Source: Candidatus Elarobacter sp.
GTDB lineage: Bacteria > Vulcanimicrobiota > Vulcanimicrobiia > Vulcanimicrobiales > Vulcanimicrobiaceae
Reading direction: 5' to 3'
NCBI GenBank assembly: GCA_035939295.1
Contig: DASZGA010000005.1
Location: forward strand, 1,791 to 65,790
DNA: 64,000 nt
In this document: positions 1 to 9,141 of the stretch, piece after piece
Numbering within the stretch: position 1 is the stretch's first letter
How the letters are laid out: each line of letters opens with the position of its first letter
Translations under genes and position numbers: made by a program
The notes under the pieces: generated by a model
Seen by the model: only the letters and a program-made list of their open reading frames with translations
Told to the model about the DNA's origin: nothing
Database searches by the model: none

Positions 1-690
1 GACGTGAAGGCCGGACGCGGCGCGTTCATGCGAACCGTCGACGACGCGCTGGTCCTCGCGCGAACGCTCGTGCAGCTCGCGGCGCGCTTCGGCAAGCGCG
101 CCAGCGCGTTCGTCAGCGACATGGAAGAGCCGCTCGGCGCCGCGGTCGGCAGCGGGATCGAAGCGGTCGAGGCGCGCGATTTTTTGCGCGGCGACGAGCG
201 CGATCCGCGGCTCGCCGAGGCGGTCTTCGCGGTCGTGCACGAGATGCTGCGCGTCGGCGGTTTGGAGCAGCGCGAGGTCGAGTCGCGCGCGCTCGACGCG
301 CTGCAGTCCGGCGCGGCGTACGAGCGTTTCGCGCTGCTGGTCGAAGCGCAAGGCGGAACCCGTGCCGCGCTCGACGCGATCGCCGCGCACCCGCATCGCA
401 GCACCGCGGCCGCCCCGCGCGACGGCATCGTCACCGCGATCGACGCGGTCGCCGTCGGCGAGCTCGCGCGCGATGCGGTAGCGGCCGACGGCCCGTTTGC
501 CGGGATCAGGATCGTCGCGCGCGTCGGTACCCCGGTCCGCGCCGGCGACGTCCTCGCCGAGTGCGCCGGCGATTCGATCGACAGCGCGCGCGTCGCCGCC
601 GCCTTCGCGCTGGGCTCGACCGCCGCGCCGCCCCGGGCGCTCGTCGCCCGGGTGGTGAGGGATTCGGATCTGGCCGCGTTGGTGAACTAA
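1..690 (+). CDS. pdp: Pyrimidine-nucleoside/thymidine phosphorylase, C-terminal part (5' truncated by window edge)
   Basis: Window opens in frame with DVKAGRGAFM (family DVKxGxGAFM motif), then SDMEEPLGAAVGSGIEAVEA and a C-terminal GIRIVARVGTPVRAGDVL segment typical of the PYNP C-terminal domain. Confidence 0.85.
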   Translation, partial: DVKAGRGAFMRTVDDALVLARTLVQLAARFGKRASAFVSDMEEPLGAAVGSGIEAVEARDFLRGDERDPRLAEAVFAVVHEMLRVGGLEQREVESRALDALQSGAAYERFALLVEAQGGTRAALDAIAAHPHRSTAAAPRDGIVTAIDAVAVGELARDAVAADGPFAGIRIVARVGTPVRAGDVLAECAGDSIDSARVAAAFALGSTAAPPRALVARVVRDSDLAALVN

Positions 691-693
691 GAA

Positions 694-1746
694 ATGGTGC
701 AGAACAACGGCCGAGCGAGCGGCAGAGTGGTCGTTACCGGCGGCGCAGGGCTGATCGGCAGCGCGCTGATTTGGCAGCTGAACCGCGAGGGGGTCGACGA
801 CATCGTCGTCGTCGACATCCTCGGGACGAGCGAGAAGTGGCGGCATCTCGTTCCGCTGCGCTTCGCGGACTACTTCGACGCCGACGAGTTCTTCGATCGG
901 ATCGCGCGCGAGCCGGACGCGTTCGGCGAGATCGCGACGGTCTTCCACCTCGGCGCCTGCTCGTCGACGACCGAGCGCGACGCCTCGTACCTGGTCGCGA
1001 ACAACGTGCGCCGCTCGCAAGAGATCGCGCGCTGGGCGCTCGGGCGCGGCGCGCGCTTCGTCTACGCTTCGTCGGCGGCGACGTACGGCGCGCTCGAAGA
1101 CGGGATGCGCGAGGACCTCGACCCGCATTCGCTGCGCCCGCTCAACATGTACGGCTACTCGAAGCACTTGTTCGATCTGTGGATGCGCCGCGAAGGGCTG
1201 CTCGACCGCGCCGTCGCGATCAAGTACTTCAACGTCTACGGTCCGAACGAAGATCACAAGGGCGAGATGCGGAGCGTCGTCGCGAAGGCGTACGAGCAGA
1301 TCCGCGCGCGCGGAGCGATCGAGCTGTTCAAGAGCTATCGCGACGGAATCGCCGACGGCGAGCAGACGCGCGACTTCCTCTACGTGAAGGACGCCGCCGC
1401 GATCACCTCATTTCTTGCGCGCACCCCGAAAGCAGGCGGGATCTACAACGTCGGCTCCGGGCTCGACCGCACGTGGAACGATCTCGCCCACGCCGTCTTC
1501 GCGGCGCTCGAGCTTCCGGCGCGGATCGAGTACGTCGAGATGCCCGACGTGCTGCGCGGGAAGTACCAGTACCGCACCGTCGCCGACGTCGAAAAGCTGC
1601 GCGCGGCAGGCTGGGCGCGGCCGATGACCTCGCTCGAAGACGCGGTCGCCGACTACGTGCGGAACTATCTCGCGACGGGGACGGTGCTCGGCGCCGAATC
1701 GGCCGCGGTCTCGAGCCCCGTACCGACGTTCTCCGCGACCAGGTAG
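694..1746 (+). CDS. rfaD: ADP-L-glycero-D-manno-heptose 6-epimerase
   Basis: VVTGGAGLIGS Rossmann motif, FHLGACSSTTE, YASSAATYG, PLNMYGYSK, KYFNVYGPNEDHKGEMRSVV, RDFLYVKD, KYQYRT; all characteristic of HldD/RfaD. Confidence 0.92.
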   Translation: MVQNNGRASGRVVVTGGAGLIGSALIWQLNREGVDDIVVVDILGTSEKWRHLVPLRFADYFDADEFFDRIAREPDAFGEIATVFHLGACSSTTERDASYLVANNVRRSQEIARWALGRGARFVYASSAATYGALEDGMREDLDPHSLRPLNMYGYSKHLFDLWMRREGLLDRAVAIKYFNVYGPNEDHKGEMRSVVAKAYEQIRARGAIELFKSYRDGIADGEQTRDFLYVKDAAAITSFLARTPKAGGIYNVGSGLDRTWNDLAHAVFAALELPARIEYVEMPDVLRGKYQYRTVADVEKLRAAGWARPMTSLEDAVADYVRNYLATGTVLGAESAAVSSPVPTFSATR

Positions 1747-2693
1747 AGCGGACGCCCTTTGATCTCGTCGTAGATCCGGCCGATGTACTCGCCCAAGATT
1801 CCGATCGTGATGAGCTGCACGCCGCCGAGGAACAGGATCGCCACGATCGTCGAGGTGTAGCCGGGCAGGTTGTAGCCGGTGAAGATTCGCAGCGCGACCT
1901 CGTACACGCCGACGATGAAGGCGAAGACGCTGACGACGAACCCGAACCACGTCGCGATCCGCAGCGGGATCTCGCTGAACGCCGTGATCCCGTCGATCGC
2001 GAACTTGAACATCTTCGAGACGGGGTACTTCGACTCGCCGGAGTTGCGCTCGGCGCGGTCGTACTCGATCCCGGTCTGCTTGAACCCGACCCACGAGACG
2101 AGCCCGCGGATGAAGCGGTGGCGCTCGCGCGAGTCGCGCAGCGCGGCGACGACGCGCCGGCTCATCAGCCGGAAGTCGCCGGTGTCGACGGGGATCGAGA
2201 CGTTGGTGAGCCGGCGGATGATGCGGTAGAACATCGCCGCGGTGAACAGCTTGAAGCGCGACTCCCCGGCGCGCCGCCGCCGCGTCGCGTAGACGACGTC
2301 GTACCCCTCGCGAAACTTCGCCAGAAACCCGTCGATCAGCTCGGGCGGGTCTTGCAGGTCGCCGTCCATCAGCACGACCGCATCGCCGCGCGCGGCGTCG
2401 AGCCCGGCGGTCGCCGCGATCTGGTGGCCGAAGTTGCGCGAGAGCGAGATGACGCGCAGGTGCGGATCGCCGTGCGCAGCGTCGAGCAGCTTCTCTAGCG
2501 TGCTGTCGCGGGATCCGTCGTCGACCAGGATCACCTCGTAGTCCGCCGGCGGATCGCTCAGCCCGCGGACCACCCGGATGATCCGCCGCAACAGCTCGCC
2601 GACGTTGTCGGCCTCGTTGAAGAGGGGAACGACGATGCTGAGCGTCGCGTCGGCCCCCCGGCGAACGGCCGGCTCCTGCGGGATGAAGGTCAC
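1665..2693 (-). CDS. GT2 polyprenol-phosphate glycosyltransferase (GtrB/ArnC-like)
   Basis: SIVVPLFNE, VDDGSRD, SRNFGHQIAATAG, MDGDLQDPPELI, DTGDFRLMSRR, two C-terminal TM helices. Start moved to GTG at 2693 (VTFIPQE); the 39 upstream codons are not homologous. Confidence 0.9.
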   Translation of the reverse strand: MTFIPQEPAVRRGADATLSIVVPLFNEADNVGELLRRIIRVVRGLSDPPADYEVILVDDGSRDSTLEKLLDAAHGDPHLRVISLSRNFGHQIAATAGLDAARGDAVVLMDGDLQDPPELIDGFLAKFREGYDVVYATRRRRAGESRFKLFTAAMFYRIIRRLTNVSIPVDTGDFRLMSRRVVAALRDSRERHRFIRGLVSWVGFKQTGIEYDRAERNSGESKYPVSKMFKFAIDGITAFSEIPLRIATWFGFVVSVFAFIVGVYEVALRIFTGYNLPGYTSTIVAILFLGGVQLITIGILGEYIGRIYDEIKGRPLYLVAENVGTGLETAADSAPSTVPVAR

Positions 2694-2747
2694 CTGCGCT
2701 TGTTCTCGCCGCTCCAAGGCTCTCACTCTCTCGCTTCGGAGGCTCTC

Positions 2748-3290
2748 ATCCGCCGCACGCCGCTCGCCGCCGCACTCAGCACCGCGCTCAGCCTGACCGC
2801 GTGTGCGCACGGCGCGGACTCTTCAGGTACCGGCTCGCATCCCACCGGGGCGACCGCAACCACGGCGGTAACTCCGGCGACTCGAAGCCGGCCGCCGAAC
2901 GCGCAGCACGCGCACATCCGGACAACGGTGCCTCCGGAGACGCCGCGCAGCACGGCCCGGCCGTTCGTGAAGGCCGCGAAGCGAATCGCGGACGGCGCCG
3001 TGGCTGCGGCGATGCCGCAGATCCTCGCAGCGTCGGTTTCGCCCACCGTGGTCGGATCGGGGACCGTCGTGAGCGCCGTCGTGCACACGACGCCGGGCGT
3101 GGTGAGCGTCACGGCGTACGCCGGCGGGACCTCGCTGCCCGTGCCGCGCGTGGGCCCCGGGGTCTTCTCGGGGAGTACGACCCTCCCGCCGCTCCCGCCG
3201 TTCGCCCACGGTTCCTACTCCGTCACCTTCGTCGCCCGCGATGCCCGCGGGGCGAGCACGCAGAGCGCGGTGGGCGTTAGCGTCCGCTAG
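2748..3290 (+). CDS. Putative lipoprotein with Thr/Pro-rich linker and C-terminal Ig-like beta domain
   Basis: RRTPLAAALSTALSLTAC lipobox (L-T-A-C), low-complexity linker, beta-rich C-terminus. ORF-track start is TTG 2700; GGAGG at 2738-2742 precedes an in-frame ATC at 2748. Confidence 0.6.
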   Translation: MRRTPLAAALSTALSLTACAHGADSSGTGSHPTGATATTAVTPATRSRPPNAQHAHIRTTVPPETPRSTARPFVKAAKRIADGAVAAAMPQILAASVSPTVVGSGTVVSAVVHTTPGVVSVTAYAGGTSLPVPRVGPGVFSGSTTLPPLPPFAHGSYSVTFVARDARGASTQSAVGVSVR

Positions 3291-3308
3291 CGGGAAAGAC
3301 GGCCGGGT

Positions 3309-3692
3309 ATGCTGGCACCGCTCCTCGCCCTCGTCACGACCGTCGCGCTCGCCTCGCCCGAACCTGCCGATGCGTACGCGCACGTCGGGGCGACGCCCCC
3401 GCCGCACGGCTACCCGGCGATCCGCTCGTTCGCGATCTCGACGACCGTGATCCATCCCGGCCGCCCGGTCTCCGGCAGCGTCGAGACGTCCGACAACGTG
3501 CACTACGTCGAAGCGCGCGTCGAGTACCGCGCGCTCGCGATGCACGAGGACGGCCCGGGCCGGTTCTCGCTGACGTACACCGTCCCGTGGTGGCTCCCGC
3601 CGTGGGTGCGCCACGGCTACACGCTGCAGATCATCGCCCGCAGCGTGGACGGCGTCGAGACCTCGCGCGCGATCCCGATCGTCGTCAAGTAA
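3309..3692 (+). CDS. Exported hypothetical protein, paralog of the C-terminal domain of the upstream lipoprotein
   Basis: Hydrophobic signal peptide MLAPLLALVTTVALA; GPGRFSLTYTVPWWLPPWVRHGYTLQIIARSVDG aligns by eye to GPGVFSGSTTLPPLPPFAHGSYSVTFVARDARG. Confidence 0.7.
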   Translation: MLAPLLALVTTVALASPEPADAYAHVGATPPPHGYPAIRSFAISTTVIHPGRPVSGSVETSDNVHYVEARVEYRALAMHEDGPGRFSLTYTVPWWLPPWVRHGYTLQIIARSVDGVETSRAIPIVVK

Positions 3693-3697
3693 CGAGG

Positions 3698-6061
3698 TCA
3701 CCGCAAGGCGGCGTTGTCGTCGTTCGGCGGTGCGGCAAGCCGCCGCAGCGCTGCGACGGTTTCTTCGAGGAAGACGGCTTGATACGAAACGACGTCGGCG
3801 ACGCCGGGAAAGCGCGCGTCGCGGCGATTCGTGCCCAGCAGATAGCGTGCGCCGTCGCGCGCGAGGACGCCGCGCCGGACCGCGCCTTCGATCGCGTCGG
3901 CGACGCAGCGGTCGGGATCGTGCCGCAGCTCGGGATCGACGAACGCGCCGGGCGGGAGCGCGTCGCGCAGCCGCACGACGCCGTCGGTCGCTTCGTGCGC
4001 GTCGAACGGTAAGCCGACGGCGAGCAGCAACTGTGCGAACAGCGCGCTGGTCGTCACCGGCCTCGCGGCGGCGAGCGAGGTCGCGAGCTGCTGCGGATCG
4101 GCGGGCCGCACGATGCGGTACAGCATCGCGAGCCGTTTGCCGCGGAACGGGTCGAACGCGATCGCGGCGAACCACGGCGCCGCGACCACGAGCAGGTGAT
4201 CGACGATCCCTTTGAGCGGCCGCATCCGGCCGTCGGTGCTGTAGAACCCTTCGGGCGTGACGAAGAAGGTTGCGCCGCGCCGCACGACCTCGACGATCCG
4301 CGCGACGTCTTCGTCGACGCCCGCGCGCAGTGCCGTCAGCAGCTCGCCGCGGTACGGTTCGAGCACGTGCGAGAGCCGCATGCGCGCTTCGCCGGCTGCG
4401 AAGTTTTGCGGCAGGAGCAGGTCGCCGAGGGTGCGCGCGCCGGCGGGGATCTGCGCGCGCGCCGCATCGCGAAAGACGAGCTCGAGCGGAAGATCGCCGT
4501 AGCGCGCGCGCAGCTCGTGCGCGATGCTGCGCAGCGGGCGCGCGGAGAGCTCGTTCTCGAGCGGGAGCATCCCGAGCCCGAAGAACAGCGGCCCCGCGTT
4601 GACCTTGCGCATGAACCCGAGCCACGGCATCCGCGTCGCGAAGAACCCGGGCTCGTACATCCGGCGCGATGACGCGGTGAAGAGCGGCCGGAACAACGAC
4701 TGCACGAACGTCCGCTCGACGATGATCTCCGACTCGTCCTCGTGCTGATGGTTCGCGATCAGCACCGCCGGACCGCGGCGCACCGGGAGCTTGCCCCATT
4801 GCCGCACGCGGACGTGCAGCGCGATCAGCGGCTGCCGGATCGCGGTTGTCAGCGCGACCAGCAGCACCTGCCAGATCGAGATCGCGCCCTTGCGCCCGAC
4901 CCGCAGCACCGTCAGCGAACCGATCGCGAACGACGCGCCGGCCAGCGCGAAGAGCCAGCGGTATCCCTGCGCCGGCGTCGCGCCGTGCGCGATCACCCAC
5001 GCGCCGATCTTCGGCGCGAAGACGAGCGGCAAGCTTGAGAGCGTTCCCCACACGCCGAGATCGCGCGCGACGTCGCCGATCTCCGGGATCGTGTCGAGCG
5101 CGAGCGCCCAGCCGACCGAGAAGACGCCGCCGTAGCCCAACCCGAACAGCGCGGAGTAGACGAAGATCCAGCGCTCGTCGGGATGCAGCGCGAAGCCGAG
5201 CGCGGCCAGCGTCATCGGAACGCCGGAGAACATGACGATCAGCCGGCGGTCGATCTTGTCGGAGAGCGTCCCCGCCCAAATGCTCGAGACGATCGCGCCG
5301 AGCAGCGCCGCGCCGGCGACCATCCCGGTTCCGAGCGAAGCGTCCTTCACGCCGAGCACGTCGGAGAAGAAGTAGAGCACATACGTGTTGAGCAGCGTGA
5401 TTCCGAGCACGATCCACGCGCGCGCGACGAGCGTCACCGCGAGATCGTGGCGGTCGCGGACGACGGCGCGCGCGAGCGCCGGCGGCGACGGAGGCGTGTG
5501 CGGGATCGCGAACAGCGAGGTCGCAACCAGCGCGATGGCGATCGCGATCGCGAACAACGCCTGCTGCGGCGGAAGCAGCGCCGCGCACAGCAAGCCGAGG
5601 ACGGTGCCGATCAGCGTCATCGCGCCGCGCACGCCGGCCGCCGTTCCCCACACCGCGCGCGGCACGACTTCGGGGAGCAGCGCCTGATAGATCGTCTGCG
5701 CGGCCGCGAGCGCGATCGTTGCCGCGACCAGCGCGGCGCCGACGGCGCCGGCCGATGCGGCGAACGCCATCCCGGCCAGCGCGGCGACGTCGATCGCAAG
5801 CAACACGGCGGTCTCGCGCCGGCGGTCGCCGCCGCGACGGCGCGCACGGTCGGAAAGAATTCCCGCCAGCGGCGGCGTCAGCACGAACGCCGCGCCGACC
5901 AGCGTCGCAAGGTTCGCCAGCATCTCGGTGTGGTTGTTGGGCGAAAGCCGCAGCAGCAGCGCCGGGACGACGATCGCGAGCAGCGAGGCTTCTTGAAACA
6001 GAATCCCGATCCACAGCGCGTTCAGCGCGAGGTGATCGCGCAGGCGAAAGGTGCTGTTAAT
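3698..6061 (-). CDS. MFS transporter fused to a C-terminal PlsC-like (lysophospholipid/glycerol-phosphate) acyltransferase domain
   Basis: About 12 TM segments with MFS motifs (GILSDRARRRG, AGTLSDKIDRR), followed by LIANHQHEDE and FFVTPEGFYSTDGRMRPLKG acyltransferase blocks. The ORF track starts at ATG 5923, but the frame stays open to 6085 and encodes TM1 (LALNALWIGILFQ). Start placed tentatively at ATT 6061. Confidence 0.75.
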   Translation of the reverse strand: MNSTFRLRDHLALNALWIGILFQEASLLAIVVPALLLRLSPNNHTEMLANLATLVGAAFVLTPPLAGILSDRARRRGGDRRRETAVLLAIDVAALAGMAFAASAGAVGAALVAATIALAAAQTIYQALLPEVVPRAVWGTAAGVRGAMTLIGTVLGLLCAALLPPQQALFAIAIAIALVATSLFAIPHTPPSPPALARAVVRDRHDLAVTLVARAWIVLGITLLNTYVLYFFSDVLGVKDASLGTGMVAGAALLGAIVSSIWAGTLSDKIDRRLIVMFSGVPMTLAALGFALHPDERWIFVYSALFGLGYGGVFSVGWALALDTIPEIGDVARDLGVWGTLSSLPLVFAPKIGAWVIAHGATPAQGYRWLFALAGASFAIGSLTVLRVGRKGAISIWQVLLVALTTAIRQPLIALHVRVRQWGKLPVRRGPAVLIANHQHEDESEIIVERTFVQSLFRPLFTASSRRMYEPGFFATRMPWLGFMRKVNAGPLFFGLGMLPLENELSARPLRSIAHELRARYGDLPLELVFRDAARAQIPAGARTLGDLLLPQNFAAGEARMRLSHVLEPYRGELLTALRAGVDEDVARIVEVVRRGATFFVTPEGFYSTDGRMRPLKGIVDHLLVVAAPWFAAIAFDPFRGKRLAMLYRIVRPADPQQLATSLAAARPVTTSALFAQLLLAVGLPFDAHEATDGVVRLRDALPPGAFVDPELRHDPDRCVADAIEGAVRRGVLARDGARYLLGTNRRDARFPGVADVVSYQAVFLEETVAALRRLAAPPNDDNAALR

Positions 6062-6650
6062 CGATGTCGGCCCAGGCCGCGACGTTCACCGTCACGTGCG
6101 CGTCCGGCTCGCCGAGCGCGACGTGCGCCGGCGGGAGCGCGCGCGCGGCGTCGCGTTCGGTGTTCCCGAACGAGCCGCGCGTGACGCGGAACGCGACCCG
6201 CGCGCCGCGGTGCAGCTTCAGCGTCAGCCGGAAGTGGCGCGCGTCGACGCGGTCCATCCGCACCTCGCTCGGCGACCAGCCGCTGCGCTCGGTGCTGATG
6301 TAGACGTCGTCGCCGGGCGGCGTGCGCGGCGGGACGAACACGTCGATCGTCGAGGTGACGAGCTGCGACTCGTCCACGTTCTGCTCCGCCGCCGGCGCGA
6401 GGAGGAACGCGGTGCGCGGGATCTTCGCCGCGGGGAGCGCGTCCTGGGTGAGCTTCTGCGGCGTCGCGCGGCCGTCGGCGTCGAGCGCGATCGCGGTCGC
6501 GCGGCCGGGGACGAACGCGGCGCACGAGACGCCGTCGGCGAGCCGCAGCACGCCGGCACCGGCGACCGCGAGACGGTCGCCGGTGCACGCGAGCGGTACG
6601 ATGCGAAACGACGCCGCGGCGGCGAGCGCAAGCAACAGCGCGTACGTCAC
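6057..6650 (-). CDS. Exported protein with C-terminal CBM20/starch-binding-like domain (paralog Y)
   Basis: GTG at 6650 overlaps the upstream stop (GTGA); signal-like YALLLALAAAAS; domain VFVPPRTPPGDDVYISTERSGWSP..RMDRVDARHFRLTL..VAFRVTRGSF..VTVNVAAWAD resembles CBM20-like Ig folds. Confidence 0.65.
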   Translation of the reverse strand: MTYALLLALAAAASFRIVPLACTGDRLAVAGAGVLRLADGVSCAAFVPGRATAIALDADGRATPQKLTQDALPAAKIPRTAFLLAPAAEQNVDESQLVTSTIDVFVPPRTPPGDDVYISTERSGWSPSEVRMDRVDARHFRLTLKLHRGARVAFRVTRGSFGNTERDAARALPPAHVALGEPDAHVTVNVAAWADID

Positions 6651-8284
6651 GGCGTCACCGCGAAGCTCCAGCGCGGAACCCAGCGCGTTCCGCCCCACGC
6701 GAAGTCGTACGCGCGCCCGACGTCGAGCCCGATGTTCGGGAACGGCCGGAACCGCACGTCGCCGCGCACTTCCCATTGCGGGCGGCCGTAGCCGTTGAAC
6801 TGCGGGAAGTCGGCGGTGTGCACGACGGTGAGCCGGTACGAGGTGCTCGCGTCCGGCGTCACCTGCAGGTCGACGTTCTGGCTGCGGAACGTCCGCGCGC
6901 CGGTGAACGCGGCGTACCCGTAGTACGGCGTTCCGTCGGGCGTCAGCACCGGCGTCGACGGTGACGGATAGAACAGCGCCTGCGTGCCGGGGAATACGTC
7001 GGCGCTCCACGTCCCCTGATAGCCGGCGAAGAGCGTGACCTTGCGCGAGAACGGCTTGGTGAGAAACGCGGTTCCGCCGAAGGTGTCGAAGTGGTGCGGA
7101 AACGCGTACCACGTGCGCTGCGCGTCGAGCGTCGTCGAGAGCGTCGCGCCGAGCGGAACGTGCACGACCGGCGTCGCGACCGAGAAGTCGAGCCCGTGCC
7201 GCCACACCGTCGCGTAGCGGCGCCGGTCGGGGAGCTGGTTCAGCAAACCGCCGCGCAGCGAGTCGAAGCCGATGTCGCCTTTCAAACGCCACGTCGCGCC
7301 GCCGATCAGCGGCCGGTCCGGCGTGCGCAGCGCGGCGTCGAAGGTCGAGAGGCCGCCCGAGGTGCGCGTGTAGTCGACGCGCCCGCCGGCCGGTCCGAAC
7401 GCCGCGGTGAAACCGCCGTGCATCACCGTGCCGAAGATCGTTCCGGTCGCGTCGGCGATCGCGGTGTAGCGCGAGCCCAGCCGGCGGTAGCCGTTGAAGC
7501 CGCGGACCGTGTAGCCGTGCAGCGGCGCGTCGAACGACGCCGCGGCGAACGCGTCGTCGCCGGAGACGATCTGCTGCTGCAGTGCGAGCGCCGCGCCCGG
7601 TCCGTCTTCCCAGCGCGCGTGCAGCGCGGTCAGCGAATGCGGCGACCCCCACAGCCCGTACGGCTGGTCGAACGTCGCGCCGGAGAGCGACGAGGACGCG
7701 AACCCGGCGCCGGTCGAGAACGTATAGAGATACGAGGGCACCGGGAAGCCGCCGACTGAGGTCGGAAACGCCGCCGGCGTGAAGCGCACGTCGGCGTGCG
7801 GAACGATCACGGCATGCTTCGAGCGGATGAACGCACCGCGGTCTTCGACTTCGGGGAACGCGAAGCGCTGCGCGTCGAACGCCGCCGGCTGCGCCGCGCC
7901 GAGCGCGTGCGTCGTCTGGGTGACGGTCCCGTTCGCCGCGTCGAGCACGTCGACGCGGTTGGTGTCGATCTCTACCACGATCGCGTCGGCGGCGAGGTTC
8001 GCCGCGCCGTGCGCCGCGGTGGCGTGTCCCGCCAAGACCGCGCGATCGGTCTTGAGGTCGAGGTACGCGGCGTCCGCGTGCGCGCGCGTACCGTCGGCGA
8101 GCGCGAGCGTCGCACCGTCGCGCGCGAACAGCGCCAGCGTGTCGGCGAAGAAGACGACCGAGCCGCCGTCGAGCGTCGCCGACGCGCGCGCGCTCGCCGC
8201 GCACGGAAACGCAGCGGCGCAGACGGTCACGGCGATGGCCGCGACGAGGCGGCGCGACGGCGTTACGCCGAGCCGTACAGCCAT
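6647..8284 (-). CDS. Predicted outer-membrane beta-barrel with N-terminal LptA/OstA-like jellyroll (LptD-like, paralog B)
   Basis: ATG 8284 coupled to the upstream TGA (TGATG); signal peptide; N-terminal short beta repeats (ADAAYLDLKTDRAVLAGHA); alternating aromatic beta strands; C-terminal RWSFAVTP beta-signal-like end. Confidence 0.6.
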   Translation of the reverse strand: MAVRLGVTPSRRLVAAIAVTVCAAAFPCAASARASATLDGGSVVFFADTLALFARDGATLALADGTRAHADAAYLDLKTDRAVLAGHATAAHGAANLAADAIVVEIDTNRVDVLDAANGTVTQTTHALGAAQPAAFDAQRFAFPEVEDRGAFIRSKHAVIVPHADVRFTPAAFPTSVGGFPVPSYLYTFSTGAGFASSSLSGATFDQPYGLWGSPHSLTALHARWEDGPGAALALQQQIVSGDDAFAAASFDAPLHGYTVRGFNGYRRLGSRYTAIADATGTIFGTVMHGGFTAAFGPAGGRVDYTRTSGGLSTFDAALRTPDRPLIGGATWRLKGDIGFDSLRGGLLNQLPDRRRYATVWRHGLDFSVATPVVHVPLGATLSTTLDAQRTWYAFPHHFDTFGGTAFLTKPFSRKVTLFAGYQGTWSADVFPGTQALFYPSPSTPVLTPDGTPYYGYAAFTGARTFRSQNVDLQVTPDASTSYRLTVVHTADFPQFNGYGRPQWEVRGDVRFRPFPNIGLDVGRAYDFAWGGTRWVPRWSFAVTP

Positions 8285-9141
8285 CAGCGCGGCGGCTTGT
8301 TCGGAAGACCCGGGCGCTGCGTCGGGAAACCGCCCGGCGGCGTCGCGCGCGACGGCGGATACTGCCCGCCGGGGAACGGGTTCGGGTTGAACGGCGTCGG
8401 GATCGCACCCGGCGCGGCGGCGCGCGGCGCCGCGTTGCCGCGGTCGTCGGACCACGCGTACACGGTCACCGGTACCGACTGCGCGTCGACTTCCTTGGTG
8501 AAGTACTGCCGCGCCGGAACCTGCAGCCCGTCCTGTCCGAGCTCGACCGAGTTCCACGTGCCGCGGGTGATGCGAAACGCGAACTTCGTCCCCGACGCGA
8601 GCCGCCGCACCGCGCGATAGCGCTGGCCGTCGATGCGGTCCATCTTGATCGCCCGCGGGTCCCAGTTGCTGTAGTCGGTGCTGATGTAGACGTCGGCGGT
8701 CAGCGGCGTCGTCGGCGGAACGGTGACGACGAACTCGACAGCGACCTCGCGGCCGGTGATGTTCTGCCCGACGATCTCCGGCGCGCGCACCGTCGCCGTG
8801 CCGGTCGCGGCGTACTGCTGCACTTGCGCGTACGCGACGTCGGGCGGGAGCCGCCGCGTCGTGAGGTCGAGCTCGACGACCTGTTTCGTCGCCGGGTCGA
8901 GGACGGCGCGCGCGAAGATCTTCGCGCGCGGCTGCAGCGTCGTCGGTTTCCCGGTGTCGTAGTCGGCCAGCTTCGGCGCCGGCGCGAGCTTGAACGCGTC
9001 GCCGGTGGTGAAGTAGACGTAGCCGTTGCGCACGTCGAGCAGCTGTCCGGTGAAGCGCACGACGGTGCCTTGCGCGAACGACGGGAGCGCGAGCGCGGTC
9101 AGCACGGCGGCGGCAAGGGCGGTCGAAAGCAGGCGATACAT
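8284..9141 (-). CDS. Exported protein with CBM20/starch-binding-like domain and Pro-rich tail (paralog X)
   Basis: ATG 9141 coupled to the upstream TGA; signal peptide MYRLLSTALAAAVLTALALPSFAQ; VEFVVTVPPTTP..DVYISTDYSNWDP..KMDRIDG..KFAFRITRGTWNSVE..VTVYAWSD; PGAIPTPFNPNPFPGG tail. Confidence 0.7.
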   Translation of the reverse strand: MYRLLSTALAAAVLTALALPSFAQGTVVRFTGQLLDVRNGYVYFTTGDAFKLAPAPKLADYDTGKPTTLQPRAKIFARAVLDPATKQVVELDLTTRRLPPDVAYAQVQQYAATGTATVRAPEIVGQNITGREVAVEFVVTVPPTTPLTADVYISTDYSNWDPRAIKMDRIDGQRYRAVRRLASGTKFAFRITRGTWNSVELGQDGLQVPARQYFTKEVDAQSVPVTVYAWSDDRGNAAPRAAAPGAIPTPFNPNPFPGGQYPPSRATPPGGFPTQRPGLPNKPPR

